A stretch of 64,000 bases of DNA from Octopus vulgaris (taxonomy: Eukaryota): NCBI GenBank assembly GCA_951406725.2, contig OX597828.1:47988001-48052000 (forward strand), read 5' to 3'. The notes under the pieces are model-generated. The model was not told the origin of the DNA. It did not search any database and saw only the letters and a program-made list of their open reading frames with translations. Each line of letters opens with the position of its first letter. Positions within the stretch are counted from its first letter, which is position 1. Both the position numbers and the translations under genes were made by a program. Shown one piece after another: positions 26,021 to 41,130 of this stretch.

Positions 26021-26629
26021 ATATATATATATATATATATATAATCATCATCATCATTTAACATCCGTTGTCCATGCTGTCATGGGTTGGATAGTTTGAC
26101 TGGGCTGGCACACTGGAAGGCTGCACCAGGCTCCAGGCTGATTTGACATGGTTTTCTACAGCTCGATGCCCTTCGTAATGCCAACCACTCCAAGAGTGTA
26201 ATGGATGCTTTTACGTACTACCAGCACGGGTGCCACGACTGCGATTTTGCTCAGCTTGATGCGTCTTCTCAAGCACAACATAATGCCAAAGGTCTTGGTC
26301 ATTGACTTTGTGAGGTCCAACACTCAAAAGGAACTTAGCCACCTTGCTTCCATGAGGCACTGGTTGTCAAACAGTGGGAGAGGAGTATACACAAACACAT
26401 ATATACAATAGATGACATCACGTTAGTCATTCATTTCTCCATGATTAATAAAGTCATGATTTGGGGGGGGGGGCAATTTAATTAACTTTTAATACACTGT
26501 AGGTGCATCATGTCACCCTCTGAGCTTTCTCCCCTGCAGTAACAAGGAAGTAGCAGGGAAAACAATTCTAGAGTAAATGCGGTGTGCTGATGGTTAAGTA
26601 TATTCCTACCTCATATTTGTACTAGTATT

Positions 26630-26841
26630 CTTTTCTACTCTGGGCACAAGGCCTGAAATTTGGGGGAGGAGGCCAGTCGATTAGATTAACCCCAGTATGC
26701 AACTGGTACCTAATTTATCGACCCCAAAAGGATGAAAGGCAAAGTCGACCTCAGCAGAATTTGAACTCGGAATTTAAAAGACAGACGAAATACTGCTAAG
26801 CATTTCACCCGGCATGCTAACGTTTCTGCCAGCTCGCCGCC
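26630..26841 (-). mobile_element. tRNA-derived SINE with Nin/Deu-like central domain (family B), full length with 14-bp TSD
   Basis: Head GGCGGCGAGCTGGCAG, B box GAGTTCAAATTC, domain GCCTTTCATCCTTTTGGGGTCGATAAATTAGGTACCAG. TSD TTTGTACTAGTATT at 26616-26629 and 26842-26855. Other copies at about 10390, 10610, 22125 and 55025. Confidence 0.85.
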
Positions 26842-27529
26842 TTTGTACTAGTATTGGCATTCACTTGGTAGGAGTTGAGTCCAGGTCCGATCAATGGATC
26901 CACAAACACAAGCCAACCACCCTCAACAAGTACTGACAACCAATGTGGAGATCATCAAGTAGTCATGAGGCCAACAGTAGACACTATATATGTGAGTGAG
27001 GAGCAAATTTCAATTCAAGATCCAACCTGAATGTACAAGTCCACATTTTCAGCTGTCCATCTTGCTGCCTTTGCCATTTGCATCATTCCACAAGGTTCTC
27101 TCAAGCAACTGCATCAGAAATAGGTTCACCCAGTGCATGAGATGGCGTGTGCCAAAACCAGTAGAGACGCCATTATGGGAATGAAATGTTGTACAGAATT
27201 AATCTGGCAATAACCAATGACAAGAATCATCATCATCATCATTTGATGTCCATTGTCCATGCTGGCATGTGTTGGATGGTTTTTACTGGGCTGGCATGCA
27301 GGAAGGAAGGATGCACCAGACTCCAGTCTGATTTGGCATGGCTTTCTATATCTGGATGCCCTCCCTAACGCCAACCACTCTGAGAGTGTATTGGGTGCTT
27401 TTATGTGCCACTAGCACAGGTGCCAATTTGTGTGACACCAGAATCTGCCACAATTGAGATTTTGCTCAGCTCAATGGGTTTTCTTCTCAAGCATGACGTA
27501 ATGCCAAAAGTCTTGATCACTGCCTCCAT

Positions 27530-27710
27530 CAAGCCCAACACTCGAAAGAAACTCAGCCACTTTGCCTCTGCCAGACTCAACACTCAAGAGAAACTCAGCC
27601 ACTTTGCCTGTGCCAGACTCAACACTCAAAAGGAACTCAGCCACTTTACTTCCATCAGGCCCAACAAGAACTCAGCCACTTTGCTTCCATGAGGCCCAAC
27701 ATTCAAAAGA
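27530..27710. repeat. About 42-bp tandem repeat inside a family-D element
   Basis: CAACACTCAAAAGGAACTCAGCCACTTTGC... repeated 4-5 times. Confidence 0.8.
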
Positions 27711-28734
27711 TGTGTTTTACGTGCCACCAGCATAGATGACATAAAATCCAGATTGCAAACGTGAAGAATTTGGTGATGACAAAACTGGTCAAATACTTCC
27801 AGCTTCAGTCAATCTGCTACACAGACAGGTCATGCTGGTACAAACAAACATTTGGGAGTTGTGGATCTTCAAGGTTACATGGATCTCCAAATAAGAACAA
27901 AGCTGGTTTTTGTTGTGGTGGGCGACCCCAGGCGAGAAGTGAGCTGGTCCACTACTAATAAATAGTGAACTGATACAGTCAGTAGCATCAGTCAGCAAGG
28001 TATGCTGTTTGGGTTAGTCCCCCAGAGACAACAAAATACATCATCATAATATGAGACATATCAGTTTTGAAGATGACAAAATGCACAGCATGCATGGCTA
28101 CTGCACCTCTATAAATTGGTGCCATGTGTTATAGATGGGAATGGTTACTATTATCATTAGCAGGACTGACAGAGAAGCCATTAAAATTGACTATGTTCTA
28201 AACAAATACCTCATCTGGGATCAAATTTGACATCCATATTTCCAAAGTTGATACATGTGCAATAAGGATCAATTTCATGGATTATACTTTACCCCGTATT
28301 TGTGCCTTTTAGGACAGTAAATAAAAGAAATGGCAAATCCATGGATCAAAGGCCTTCTTAGGGATGGTGGATTACAGGATGGTAGACCAATGGATTAAAA
28401 GCCTTCTTAAGGGTTGTGGTTTACAGGATGGTAGATCAATGAATTAAATACCTTAAGGGTGTGGATATCAGAAATAGTGACGAGTGGTTACTGGGAGTCT
28501 CCATTTCCAGTAAATCAATGAATGAACCCTATAACATGTATTGAGTACTACTTTCTTGGCATATTCCAACATTTCTCCCAGTTTTAGAATAGATGCAACT
28601 TATCTTTGCAGGTCATAAAAGTTGGCTGAAAGAGTTGGTTGGTGGCAGGAAGGACAATTTGGCTGTAAAAACATAGCCAGAGAAGATCATAACACCCATG
28701 CCAGCTTGGAAAAGAAGATGTAAACAGTGATGAG

Positions 28735-28766
<32 letters not shown>

Positions 28767-29006
28767 TTGACCTTTGGTGATATGCTGTAGTTGAAAAGGC
28801 TCTCAAACTAAGTGAAATCATAGTCATGACCAATGCCAGTGTCTTGGAGTGGTTGGTGTTAGGAAGGGCATCTAGCCATAGAAGCCATGCCAAATCAGAC
28901 TGAAACATGGTGCAGCTCTCTCGCTAACCAGTTCCAGTCAAACCATCTAACCCATGCCAGCATGGAAAGCAGATGCTAAATGAATGATGATGACATTCAT
29001 ACATGT

Positions 29007-29042
<36 letters not shown>

Positions 29043-30816
29043 CACATTCACACAGACGTAGTTTCTCATCTCAATCCAAACTAATGACTCACTGCTATAC
29101 AAAGGCAGCATTTTCAAAATGTTTTCTGATATGCAGCTATAGACAGGCACAGAACTGAATTAGAATGAAAGAATGAAGAACAAGCATGTTTAGAATGTAA
29201 GGCTGAAAGGAAATTTACGCAGGTCTCAAGCTGAAGATAATCTGCAGGTGTCTCAAAATGACGAGAACCTGCAAATGTTTCAAAGGAGAGATAAACTGCA
29301 GGAGTCTCAAGAAGACAATCTACAGGTGTTTGGGGGAAAGATAGCCTACAGGTGTTTTTAAAGGGAAGATAATTAGCAGAGGCATCTTAGGTATGACTTT
29401 AAACTGCATTTGGTTATGGAACCCTAGTTTAAGAGTTACATGGTTTAGAGGAGTGTCAAACCACATTTTAACGAATGCCGGTGGCACGTTAAAAGCACCA
29501 ACCGATCGTGACTGATGCCATACCCCCCCTGGCACCTGTGCAGGTGGCACGTAAAAAGCACCCACTACACTCGCGGAGTGGTTGACTGGCTTCCGTGCCG
29601 GTGGCACGTTAAAAGCACCAACCGATCGTGGCCGATGCCAGACCCCCCTGGCACCTGTGCAGGTGGCACATAACTAGCACCCACTACACTCGTGGAGTGG
29701 TTGGCATTAGGAAGGGCATCCAGCTGTAGAAACACTGCCAGATCAGACTGGAGCCTGGTGCAGCCCTGGCTTCCCAGACTCCGGTCGAACCGTCCAGCGC
29801 GGAAAACAGACGTTAAACGATGATGATGATGATATATATACGGAAATAAGAAAATGGAGGGGATCAAGAGGTGGTATTCATCAGCATCCTGTCCAGGTGG
29901 GGAACCTATACGCCAAGAAAACCATGAAACCGGCCCTAATGAGCCAGGTGTGGCTCGAGAAGGAACAAATAGACATACAACATTTAAAGGGTAAAGATCC
30001 CCTTCAATCACGAATGACCATGAAATTGTACCTAGAAAGTTACCCTCTGAAACACAAATCTAGGCAAGGTTATTTATGGAAGACCAGCAGTCACCCATGC
30101 ATATCAGTCTCCCTTCTCCACACCACCGATGTTATTCAAGGGAAAGGCAAAGGGGCCGATACTGCTTGGCACCAGTGATGTCACAACTCAATTCTGCACC
30201 AGAGAGAACTGGAGCAATGTAAAATAAAGTGTTTCGCTGAACACAACTCACAGACCAGTCTGGGAATCAAACTCATTACCTCATGACTGCAAGCTCAATG
30301 CTTGAGCCACTGAGCCATGCAAACTCACATAAAAGACAAATTCCAAAGGAGTAAGTTCCAAATGATTTGGTGAACTAAACGAATTAGTTTCTGCCACTTA
30401 TAAGATAATATACTCAAGCCTAAACAAGGAATAATTGATAGCAGCAAAGCCACTTGAAACAAGAGTTCAAGATATGCAGCTTCTATCAGCAATATGGAGT
30501 TTATCTCCGCATACAAGAGCTGTGTGCACAACAGGTGGGTGTGTAGAGATAATTGTGGCTGATGATTGTGAATGTAGATCTATTTGCAATAAAAGACTTC
30601 TCTCTCTCTCTCTGTAAATAAATAAATATATGTGTATGTGCATGGTTTGAAGAGAGAGAGAGAGAGAGACAGGCATGGTAGTGTGATTAAGAAGTTTGTT
30701 TCCCAATCACATGGTTTCAGGTTTGGCCCCAGCGTGTGGCATCTTAGACATGTAACACCAGGTCATCAAAAGCCTTGTGAGTGGATTTGGTAGGTGGAAA
30801 CTAAAAGTTCACTTGT

Positions 30817-30862
<46 letters not shown>

Positions 30863-31338
30863 CTGCGGCTGGCGGGCTTCTGCTACTCTAGAGCGATGAT
30901 GGACAAAGATCCTGAAACATGCGTGTCTCTAGATGCAGGCCTGGCTGCTGGGGGTGTTTGTCTCCCCTTCGTAAATATATAAGGACACAGGAAAAAAATG
31001 TGTCGAAGCCATCAGGAAGCGTCGATGCTTCCTAGGGCTAAACAATGGTGGTGTAATCCCCTACTGTCAAATTAAATTGAGAGTATACAACCATTCTATC
31101 GCCCCACCACCGTACATATCTCTATGAGAGATTTAGAAATTTAATATTTCTGATATATATATATATATATATATATAAAATAAAATACAAAATGGGACAA
31201 GAATGCAAAACATCCAGACAACTAGGTGATACAAAAAGGGACAACAAAACATCCAGATAGACGATACAAAAAAACACGGATGGGTCATTCGAAGCCTTTT
31301 ATCTTCAGTCAAGTACCGGATCATCCTCGCAATTGCGG

Positions 31339-31371
<33 letters not shown>

Positions 31372-31374
<3 letters not shown>

Positions 31375-31603
31375 GGGGGCCCAAAAGAAGGTTACAGTTA
31401 TCACGTAAGCACTTTAAATTTCTATTAAAACATGTTATTACATTTAAATTTCTATCTTACAAACTGAAAAGGAAGTTTGACAAAATTAACTAAATTAGCA
31501 TAGAATAATGGTTTCATATTTTTTATAATTAAGATCTAAACTCTTAATATATGAATGCAAAAGAGATAGTTGAATAGCCGTAAACCTACTTTTGGCTACC
31601 CTG
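31372..31603 (+). mobile_element. Tc1/mariner-type MITE
   Basis: TA|CAGGGGGGCCCAAAAGAAGGTTAC...GTAAACCTACTTTTGGCTACCCTG|TA. Confidence 0.65.
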
Positions 31604-32136
31604 TATATATATTTATATATCATCATCATCATCATTCAACATCCGCTCTCCATGCAGACATGGGTTGGACGGTTTGACTGAAAAAACTGCTGAGCTGGGG
31701 AGCTACATTATGTTCTAACCTGGTATAGAATGGTTTCTATGGCTGGATGCCCTTCCTAACACCAACTACTCCGAGAGTGTAGTAGATGTGACACTTTTAT
31801 GTGCCACTGGCACAAGTGCCATTGACATGACACCGGCATTGGCCATGAACGGTGCCTTTTATGTGCCAGTCAACCAGCACTGGCATCGGCCATTTCAGGC
31901 ATGATTTCTACAGCTGGATGCCCTTCCTAACACCAACCATGCCAAGAGTGTAGTGGATGCTTTATATGTGCCATTGACATGACACCAGCATGGATGCCAG
32001 TCAACCGACACTGGCATCGGCCACAGTTATGATTTCACTTGGCTTGACAGGTCTTCTCAAGTGCAACATATTGCCCAACATTTGAGGGGGGATTTTTTTA
32101 CGTGCCAGTTACACAACACTGGCATTATAGATATTC

Positions 32137-32914
32137 TTTTATTTGTTTCAGTCATTTGACTGTGGTCATGCTGGAGCATTGCCTTTAATCGAACAAATTA
32201 ACCCCCAGGACTTTTTCTTTGAAAGCCTAGTACTTATTCTATCAGCCTCTTTTGCCAAACTGCTAAGTTATGGGAACAGAAACGCACTAAACATACCAAC
32301 ATCGGTTGTCAAGCAATGCTGGGGGGATAAACACAGACACACACACATATATATATATATATATATTACACACACGACAGGCTTCTTTCAGTTTCCGTCT
32401 ACCAAATCCACTCACAAGGCTTTGGTCAGCCCAAGGCTATAGTAGAAGACACTTGCCTGAGGTGTCATGCAGTGGGACTGAACCCAGCCACTCCTGCGCA
32501 TATATATATATATATATCTCTTTTACTTGTTTCAGTCATTTGACTGCGGCCATGCTGGAGCACCACCTTTAGTCGAGCAAATCGACCCTGGGACTTATTC
32601 TTTGTAAGCCCAGTACTTATTCTATCGGTCTCCTTTGCCGAACTGCCAAGTGACAGGGACGTAAACACACCAGCATCGGTTGTCAAGCGATGTTGGGGGG
32701 ACAAACACAGACACATAAACACACACATATATATATATATATACATATATACGACAGGCTTCTTTCAGTTTCCGTCTACCAAATCCACTCACAAGGCATT
32801 GGTCAGCCCGGGGCTATAGCAGAAGACACTTGCCCAAGATGCCACGCAGTGGGACTGAACCCGGAACCATGTGGTTGGTTAGCAAGCTACTTACCACACA
32901 GCCACTTCTGCACC
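32137..32914 (-). mobile_element. Two tandem family-A SINE copies
   Basis: Reverse complements of the 3415 element at about 32137-32500 and 32518-32914. Confidence 0.85.
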
Positions 32915-35514
32915 TATATATATATGTTGGTTTCAATAAAGGTATTTATAGTGTGACTTAAGAGCTGAGATTTTCATGCCTTGGCCTAAATGCCCTTGAG
33001 TCTCTCTGTAACCTCTGCTAATTTATAATAATGGCTTCAAAATTTGGCACAAGGCCAGCAACAGTGCGGTTACCAAGAACCTGCATGATAAGACCCCTCA
33101 ACTGAGCAGGGTACAGACTGGAGAAAGAAACTATGATAGAGGGAGAGGACAGGTGTTTCGCTGAAGAGGTGAATGCATGACTTGCCAAATTGGAAAGTGA
33201 GAGAGAGAAGAGATAGATGTTAGGTCCTGGTACAACATGAATGTGAGACAGACTAGCAAGTGCCCTGAGCGAAAATAGTGTGACAGATGATTAGAGCAGG
33301 GATGAGTTGGACACAGAGGATATCAGTTCAGTGTAGCAGGAGGTGAAGAAAGCAGAAGGGGAGTTGTGGAGGAAGGCTTGACAGAACCTCAATTTCTCTG
33401 AGATGGACAGGTCTTCTCAAGCACAGTATAACACCAACTCAATACCGTCATCTCCTCTGAGAGGCTCAATATTTTTAGGTCAGTCTTCCCCACTTTGTCC
33501 CACGTTTTCCTTGAGCTGCCTCTTCCACATATTAGGAGAGAGAGAGAGAGAGATAGACAGACTAAGAATAGAATTGTTGTCATTTCAGGCTAGCTCAACC
33601 TTCACTGAGCAGACCTATAATCAAGGACATTCCAGCTGTGACCATCACATTCCCCACCCACCCACCTATAGTGTGTCTAGAGGTAAATCAGCTAAGTTGG
33701 TAGATTATGATATTAAAGGAGATTTTTTTCTGTTGTTTCTAGTAGGTTAAGTGATGATAATAATAGAGGCTTCCTCATTGATTTATGTATAAGTAAATAT
33801 ACATGGACGTGTGCATAAGACATATAGTAGTAAATGGTAGGAATACGGCAGATCTACAATGATTAAAACTGCAAGAAACAGGTATAGCTTGTTTGAATGT
33901 TCAAAACGAACTTATAAGAGTAAATTCTCTCCCACTTCCCTCTCCTTCCATGTCTGACTGGGGTGGCCAAAGATCTCCTGTGTGGTAAGACATCTATCCT
34001 TGTCCTATCATTCCCCAACTTCTTGCCTGGCACACAGCCACTTCTCTCGGTTCCTTTCCCCCCCTCTCAACAGAGAGGTCCCTGTCTTGCAAGTGCTGGT
34101 GCCACAAAAAAAAAAAAAAGCAGCTGTGCTGGCGACACATTAAAGTTCACACAGTACACTCTGTAAAGTGTTCAGGAAGGGCATCCAGCCTGTAGAAACC
34201 ATGACTGGAGCCTGGTGCAGCTCTGCATGGAAAGCAGATGTTAAATGATGACGATGACGAAACACATCTCACGAACACAGGACTGAATGATGGCTATCAC
34301 ATGTTTATTGGTAATTTATGTTAATAAATGGCTGAGATGAAATGACTGTCCAGAGAAGATACAGGCACAGTGAGCTGAACATGTTGGAATTTGGTAGTCA
34401 ATGGTACTCATGGCTGCATGATGGGTAAGCAGTTTGCTTCCCAACTGCAAAGTTTCAGGTTCAGTCCTATTGCATGGCACCTTGAGCAAGTGTCATTTTC
34501 TATAGCCCCCAAACTAACCAAAGCCTTGTAAGTGGATTTGAGGGACAGAAACTGAGAGAAGCCCATTGTAGTGTGTGTGTGTGTGTGTGTGTGTGTGTTT
34601 CTACATATTTATGTGTGTATGTGTTTGTGTTTGTACCCCACCACAGCTTCACAACCAAAGTTGGTTTCATTATGTTCCTGTAACCTAGCAGTTCAGTAAA
34701 AGAGATTGATGGAATAAGTACTAGGCTTACAATATCGCTTGTTTGATGGTGATGCACATTTACAATCATCACATGACGTCAAAATACACACAAACACACA
34801 TATGACTGGTTTCTTGCAGTTTCGGTCTACCAAACTTATTCACAAGGCTTTGGTTGGCCCAAGGCCACAGAAGGCATTTTCCAAGGTACCACATCATGGG
34901 ACTGAATCAAAACCATATGGTTGGAAAGCATCAAACCAGCCCTCTAGCTTGCCAGCTCTGGTCACACCGTCAAACCCATGCCATCGTGGACAATGGATGT
35001 TAAATGATGATGATATTGGGCTGACAGACGGGGAACAGCACATAGCCTTTGTCAGTCCTCCATGACAGGTGAGATCCATACCATTGATGTTCCTTTTGAA
35101 CCTTTGTAAATGAACAGCTGGAGGGAAGAAGGAACTCTAGAGGTCACTGTGACAAGGAAGGAAGGAAGGAAGGAAGGAAGGACAGAACATAAATATCCAA
35201 ATTGACTTTGAGACTTTTGGAGATTAATTGGTAATTAACGAAAATTCTCTCTCCATTTGCTTTGACATTCATAACCATTGCCACTAGGTATTTGCTTTCT
35301 TTCCTTCAACTAAGAAAGAAATTTTAAGAATTTTGTGAGAGTAGCATTTGTTATATCACCTCAATAACTATATATATATATATCATCATCGTTTAACGTC
35401 CGTTCTCCATGCTAGCATGGGTTGGACGGTTCGACCAGGGTTCTGGGAAGCCAGAAGGCTGCACCAGGCTCCAGTCTAATCTGGCAATGTTTAGACTGCC
35501 AGATTAGACTGGAG

Positions 35515-35555
<41 letters not shown>

Positions 35556-35592
35556 GCATGTATATACACACACATGTATTATACACATGTAC

Positions 35593-35645
<53 letters not shown>

Positions 35646-38226
35646 CGTTGGTTTTGAATTTTGACACAAAACATTTACCCTAATTTACCCTCATTAGGGT
35701 AAATGTTTTTATTTTCCTTTTATTTCTGAATTACTACTATTTAGCGGCTTGAGTCTAGCTGCTCGTTTTAGTGAGTTGAATGGCCTATTAAGGCCATTCC
35801 TTAATATTATTATATATATATATATCACACACATACTTAATATCACCAGTGCTAAGCTACTAAAAATATACGTCATACACAATACACAAGCATGTGCATA
35901 TGTTTTTAATGTGTACACCCACACATATCCAATGTTATGTGGGTCACTAATATCTTTTGTACATAAAATGTATATGTACTTGTATGCATGTATGGTATAC
36001 ATATCATCGTTTAATGTCTACCTTCCATGCTGGTGTGTGTGTGTTTGAGGCACATAGGTCAGTGGTTAGAGCGACAGACTCACAATCATGAGGTAGTGAG
36101 TTCGATTTGCAGACCAGGCTGTGCTGTGTTCTTGAGCAAGACACTTTATTTCCTGTTGCTCCAGTTCACTCAGCTGTAGAAATGAGTTACAACATCACAG
36201 GTGCTAAGCTGTATCGGCCCCTTTGCCTTTCCCTTGGATAACATCAGTGGTGCGAAGAGGGAAGACTGGTATGTCTCAGAGGGGAACTTTCTAGTTGCAA
36301 TCCCATGGTCATTCATGACCAAAGGGTGTCTTTAGCCTTTATGTATGTACATAAATGATGTTTAGGGGCTGGCATGTCAGAAAAATGACGTTTCCTCCGC
36401 ATGTCATAAAAGATGGCTAAAAGTGGTTGAGGTAGAACTTGCACTCCAGCTTCGTAAAAAACCTCACCAATCACTATCCAAACAGACCTATGGATTGGAG
36501 GGTTGTCGTCCAAGTGGTGCAAAGGTGTCACCTGCCCTGGAGTGGGAAATCACCAAAAACAGTGGATGTAGTAAAGTAATGTTACAGCACCTGCTCCAAA
36601 GATACACACATGACTCATCAAGCCAAGTGAAACTGTAATCATGGCCATTGCCAGTGTCACATAAGTGGCACCCATGAAATCAGTCGTGGTCATTGCCAGT
36701 GTCGTGAAAATGGCACACATGCTTGTGGCACGTAAAAAGCACCCATTACATTCTTGGAGTGGTTGGTGTTAGAAAGGGCATCCAGCTGTAGAAATCATGC
36801 CGAAAACAGACAGGAACCTGGTGCAGCAGCTCTCCGGCTTACCAATGCCAGTCAAATTGGTCTACCCATGCCAGCATGGAAAGCGGATGTTAAAGGATGA
36901 TGATGATGATGATATATAGTGCAGCATAGTCAACATTGTAACATATCACTGGTTTTAATAAGGCTTGCTTGATTATGCTCCAGGTAATAAAGAACCAAAT
37001 ACTTTTGTCCTTCACTTCTCAGACATTTTTTAGCAAATACCATATTATCTGGAGAATAATCGAGCAGGCCAAACTCTATAGAAATGATACATATGAGTGT
37101 AGACTTTACTGCATTCAATTATTGGAAATCCTAAAATATTCAGGAAATGTCTTAGATAAGTCCAGTGAACATAGGTTAAAATACTTGCAGTTATTATATG
37201 TATATATATATATATATATCTTTTACTTGTCTCAGTCATTAGACTGTGAGCATGCTGCCTTTAAGAATCTTTAGTTGAATGAATCGACCGGAGGATGTAA
37301 ACACACCAACACTGGTTGTCAAGCAGTGATTGGGGACAAACACAGACACAAAGATATATACACACACGCACGCACGCACATTCTTCTTCTATCAAATCCA
37401 CTCACAAGGCTTCGGTTAGACCGAGGCTGTACAAGAAGACACTTGCCCAAGGCACCATGCAGTGGGACTGAACCGAGAACCATGTAGTGGGGAAGCAAGC
37501 TTTTCACCACACAGCCATGCCTGTACTTAAACATCTTATCCTTTCCCAACCTTGACACAACCTCTGTATTTGATATGCAGGTTTTGCTATCATACAGCAT
37601 CTCGCTCCAATCATCATACAATCAGCCCTTTACATGGAGGCAGACTCAAAATGTAACCAACAGAGATAATATCTGCCTAAACATTCCCATTATCTCCTTT
37701 CTTACATACTCTGGTCACTACACTTCCGAAGTACCTATTTCCTCAGCTAATTAAGGCACCAAGGTAAGAGAAGATATACATACATACATTATATATAGAC
37801 ATTATCATTGCTTAACATTCATATTTCATGCTATCAGTTGGGCAGTTTGACAGGTTCAGACAAGTCAGAGGACTGCATCATGCCCTTTCTAACACCAATC
37901 ACTTTACAGTGCATACAGAGTACCTTTTATGTGACACCAGCACTAGTGAGGTCACCAAATAACTTGCAAGACAAGGCCCTTTGATAGGGCCAGAGTGAAG
38001 CATTGAAAGAGGTGGCTTTGTGCCAGGTATCAGTATATAGAGGAAGAAGAGTGGATGTCTTGTGGTAGAGGAAATATATGGCTACCCCAGCAGGAAAGGG
38101 AGAAAAAGATGGGGTAGATAAGATGTCAGGGCATACCCTCAAGGTACAAGATGGTGGACATAAGATAAAACAGGGACAGAGGTTCGGGGATAGCTGAATA
38201 GGTAGATTTGTAAAAGTTTGATAGGA

Positions 38227-38407
38227 GAGTGGCAGATGGATAGAGGAGGAGATAGATAGAGTGACAGATGGATAGAGGAGGAGATAGATAGAGTGACAGA
38301 TGGATAGAGGAGGAGATAGATAGAGTGACAGATGGATAGAGGAGGAGATAGAGAGAGTGACAGATGGATAGAGGAGGAGATAGAGAGAGTGGCAGATGGA
38401 TAGAGGA
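38227..38407. repeat. 32-bp purine-rich minisatellite, about 5.5 units
   Basis: Unit GAGTGACAGATGGATAGAGGAGGAGATAGATA. Confidence 0.9.
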
Positions 38408-38885
38408 AGTGAATGCAGTGAGTGTTGGGCATGTATGGAAGATTGATGAATTCTGAGTCTTGGTTTGGGCAGAAGATAAGGGTAAATATGAATGGGTTAA
38501 GGAGGAAATGACACTCGATATATAAAAGTGGGGAAGTGGAGAGTAACAGTATAATAAAACCATGGATAGATGAGAGATAAAAGGATGAGGAGCAAGTCAT
38601 GTGGGAGGAAGAGAGGATGCAAAGTGACAAAAGGACAACCAGAAGCACAAGGGTGAATACACCATGGGTGACAAAATATATGTGCGCATGTATTTATATA
38701 GAAGTGACTCAAGGGTTTAGAGGTTCGTGTTGAATAAATACCAACCAGGAAACCAGGAAACTGATGGTTGAATCACTCCTATCTTTCTACTAATAACAAA
38801 TATCAATGTATAGATACTTCTATATTAAGCTCTATTTCTCGTTTGTTCCACCAAATTCTTTTCTCTCTCACTGTGTGTGTGAGAG

Positions 38886-38925
<40 letters not shown>

Positions 38926-39311
38926 TTACACATACATACATGTATGCATGTCCCGACTAATGCTAAGTAGGTCATATATATATATATATCTATATGCGTG
39001 TGCGTGCTTGTTTGTGGGTGTAACTCTTGTGTGTATGTTTATATACACACATACATACGCCGTCAATGCTAAATAGGTCACTACCATATGTGCATGCTTT
39101 TAACATTGAATGTATTGTGTAAACACGTTTTAAATATTCAGGATATATATATATACATATATATATATTTATATACACACACACACAAAACAGTGATCCT
39201 ACATTTATAAACATAGAATTCATAGAAACAAGCCGTGGACAACCTTCAGCAACATTTAATTATATCACCTGATTTACATAAAGAAATCAGTTGATATTTG
39301 CATAAAACATC

Positions 39312-39381
<70 letters not shown>

Positions 39382-39627
39382 AGTCAACTGGCCACATTGA
39401 TGTCACAATTCTTCCTACCTCTTCTGATAAAGTACATCAGAAATCAACAGGTCAAACAAGGGGGGGGTATGATTTTTTGGGTTTTTTTTAATGTCCCCCC
39501 CTCCTCCTCCTTCTCCCATCAACAGGATATCTTCCGCATAAATTAATTGAAAAGTTCTAATGGCAACTGAAACTTACTCGGGAGAATTTCTCCTCCCTTC
39601 ACACCCCACCCATATTTGTACGTGCGT

Positions 39628-39697
<70 letters not shown>

Positions 39698-41062
39698 ACC
39701 CAGGCCAGGTACTGTGAACTCTCATACATATGAAACCCTCAAAAATTGATTCATTTTACGAAAATGCTGTGATCTTCAGGGTCCTTATCTATATAGGTGT
39801 GTGTATATTTAATATATGCACGTAGGTGTATCTAATATATGTATATATATATTTCTATGTGTGTACGTACGTATAGGTAGGTGTGTCTAATGTGTATATA
39901 TGTGTTTTTGTTTAACCCTGGTTAGCCTGGTCGATCAGATCTATCACCAAAGACGTTCCACTTATCAGCTGGTCCTTATGTATACCTGGAACAGATTTGC
40001 CCAGCCTAATCCTTTAGCCCAACCCTTTAATTTTAGTTTTTCCATTAATGGTAAAATATAATTTTAAATAATTTAGCTGTTATTTCTAACAGTTTGCGAA
40101 ACTACCTAGAGACAAGTACATGGGTATATTGTATGTATAAATGTGTGTGCGGTGCTCCAGCATGGCCGCAGTCAAATGACTTGACACACGTAAAAGAGAA
40201 AAGAAAAAAACAAGTCTCCGGTGTATTTTTAAAGAGGCGAGAAAAAGCGTATTTAATAAAATGCCAGTATCGATAGCAAAACACAGTAAAGCTAGCTTAA
40301 ACTATACAACTGTTGTTTCCAAATATCTTACTTAATTAGGCCTTTGATGTGGTTAATTAAGGGGACTTAATGAATCTACATAACAAGCCCTGGCGTGCAG
40401 CTGCGACGGCGGCGGCGGTGGTGGTGGTGATGACGACAGGGAAGGTCTCTCTCTCTCTCACTCTCAGCTCCTATTTAGACCAATTTAACTGTTGAAAAAT
40501 ACAGATTCTTGTGGTTTCTTGGAATGAAATATGGTAAATGGAATTCCAGGAAAAGAAACCAGAGACTGGACTGATATTAATGGGGGATATATTTATGAAT
40601 AAATGCTTAATTGTTTAGATGTAATGTTGGGTTTTTTTTTATCATTTCTGTATTTGTTCACGTTGTTTTCTTTTTAAATTTAAAATATGTTTTCTTGTGT
40701 GGGTGGTTAAGATTGTATAATAGATAAGTGTCGCAGTTGATACCTTAATTATTATTATCTTTAATATTATAAGATGGTATATCTGAATTTCCGATTTGAA
40801 TAATGACCGTGATGTCTTTTACTATTCCATACACAATACACTCTACACAAATTATGGGGAATATATACAAATATGTGTTGATGAGGTTACGTGTGTGTGG
40901 ATATAGATAGTCGGATAATTTCGGAAAGGTCGGTTTGTCGTGGGAACACATCTCTATCTATCAAGATAGAGGTGTGAAGGTATGTATGTATGTAGTATGG
41001 GTTTAATTCACAGCGAATGAGTGGGTGTAAATAATAAAGATGTACGAAAGAGTGGTACTTAC

Positions 41063-41130
41063 TCGTTAGAACAGTCATTCTGGGGCTCCGCTACGGAAGG
41101 AGGTAGTGTAAGGTTGGGCTTTTTCTTCAT
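41063..41130 (-). CDS. MAP2K1: First coding exon of a MAP kinase kinase, probably MEK1/2: MKKKPNLTLPPSVAEPQNDCSN(E/D)
   Basis: aaaATG context. KKK-PN-L-T-L is a MAPK docking (D) site resembling Drosophila Dsor1 MSKNKLNLVLPP. Ends in a perfect GA|GTAAGT phase-2 donor, as I recall for vertebrate MAP2K1 exon 1. I found no kinase-domain exon in the window, so the identity rests on 22 aa. Confidence 0.68.

Noticed and set aside
28340-29380. Short degenerate tandem repeats (about 50-bp unit x3 at 28340-28470; about 27-bp unit x6 at 29220-29380)
   Set aside because: Old local duplications with no ORF or structure suggesting function.
30983-31050. Possible HDV-like ribozyme (hairpin followed by GGCTAA)
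   Set aside because: I could not build the nested P1/P2/P3/P1.1 double pseudoknot.
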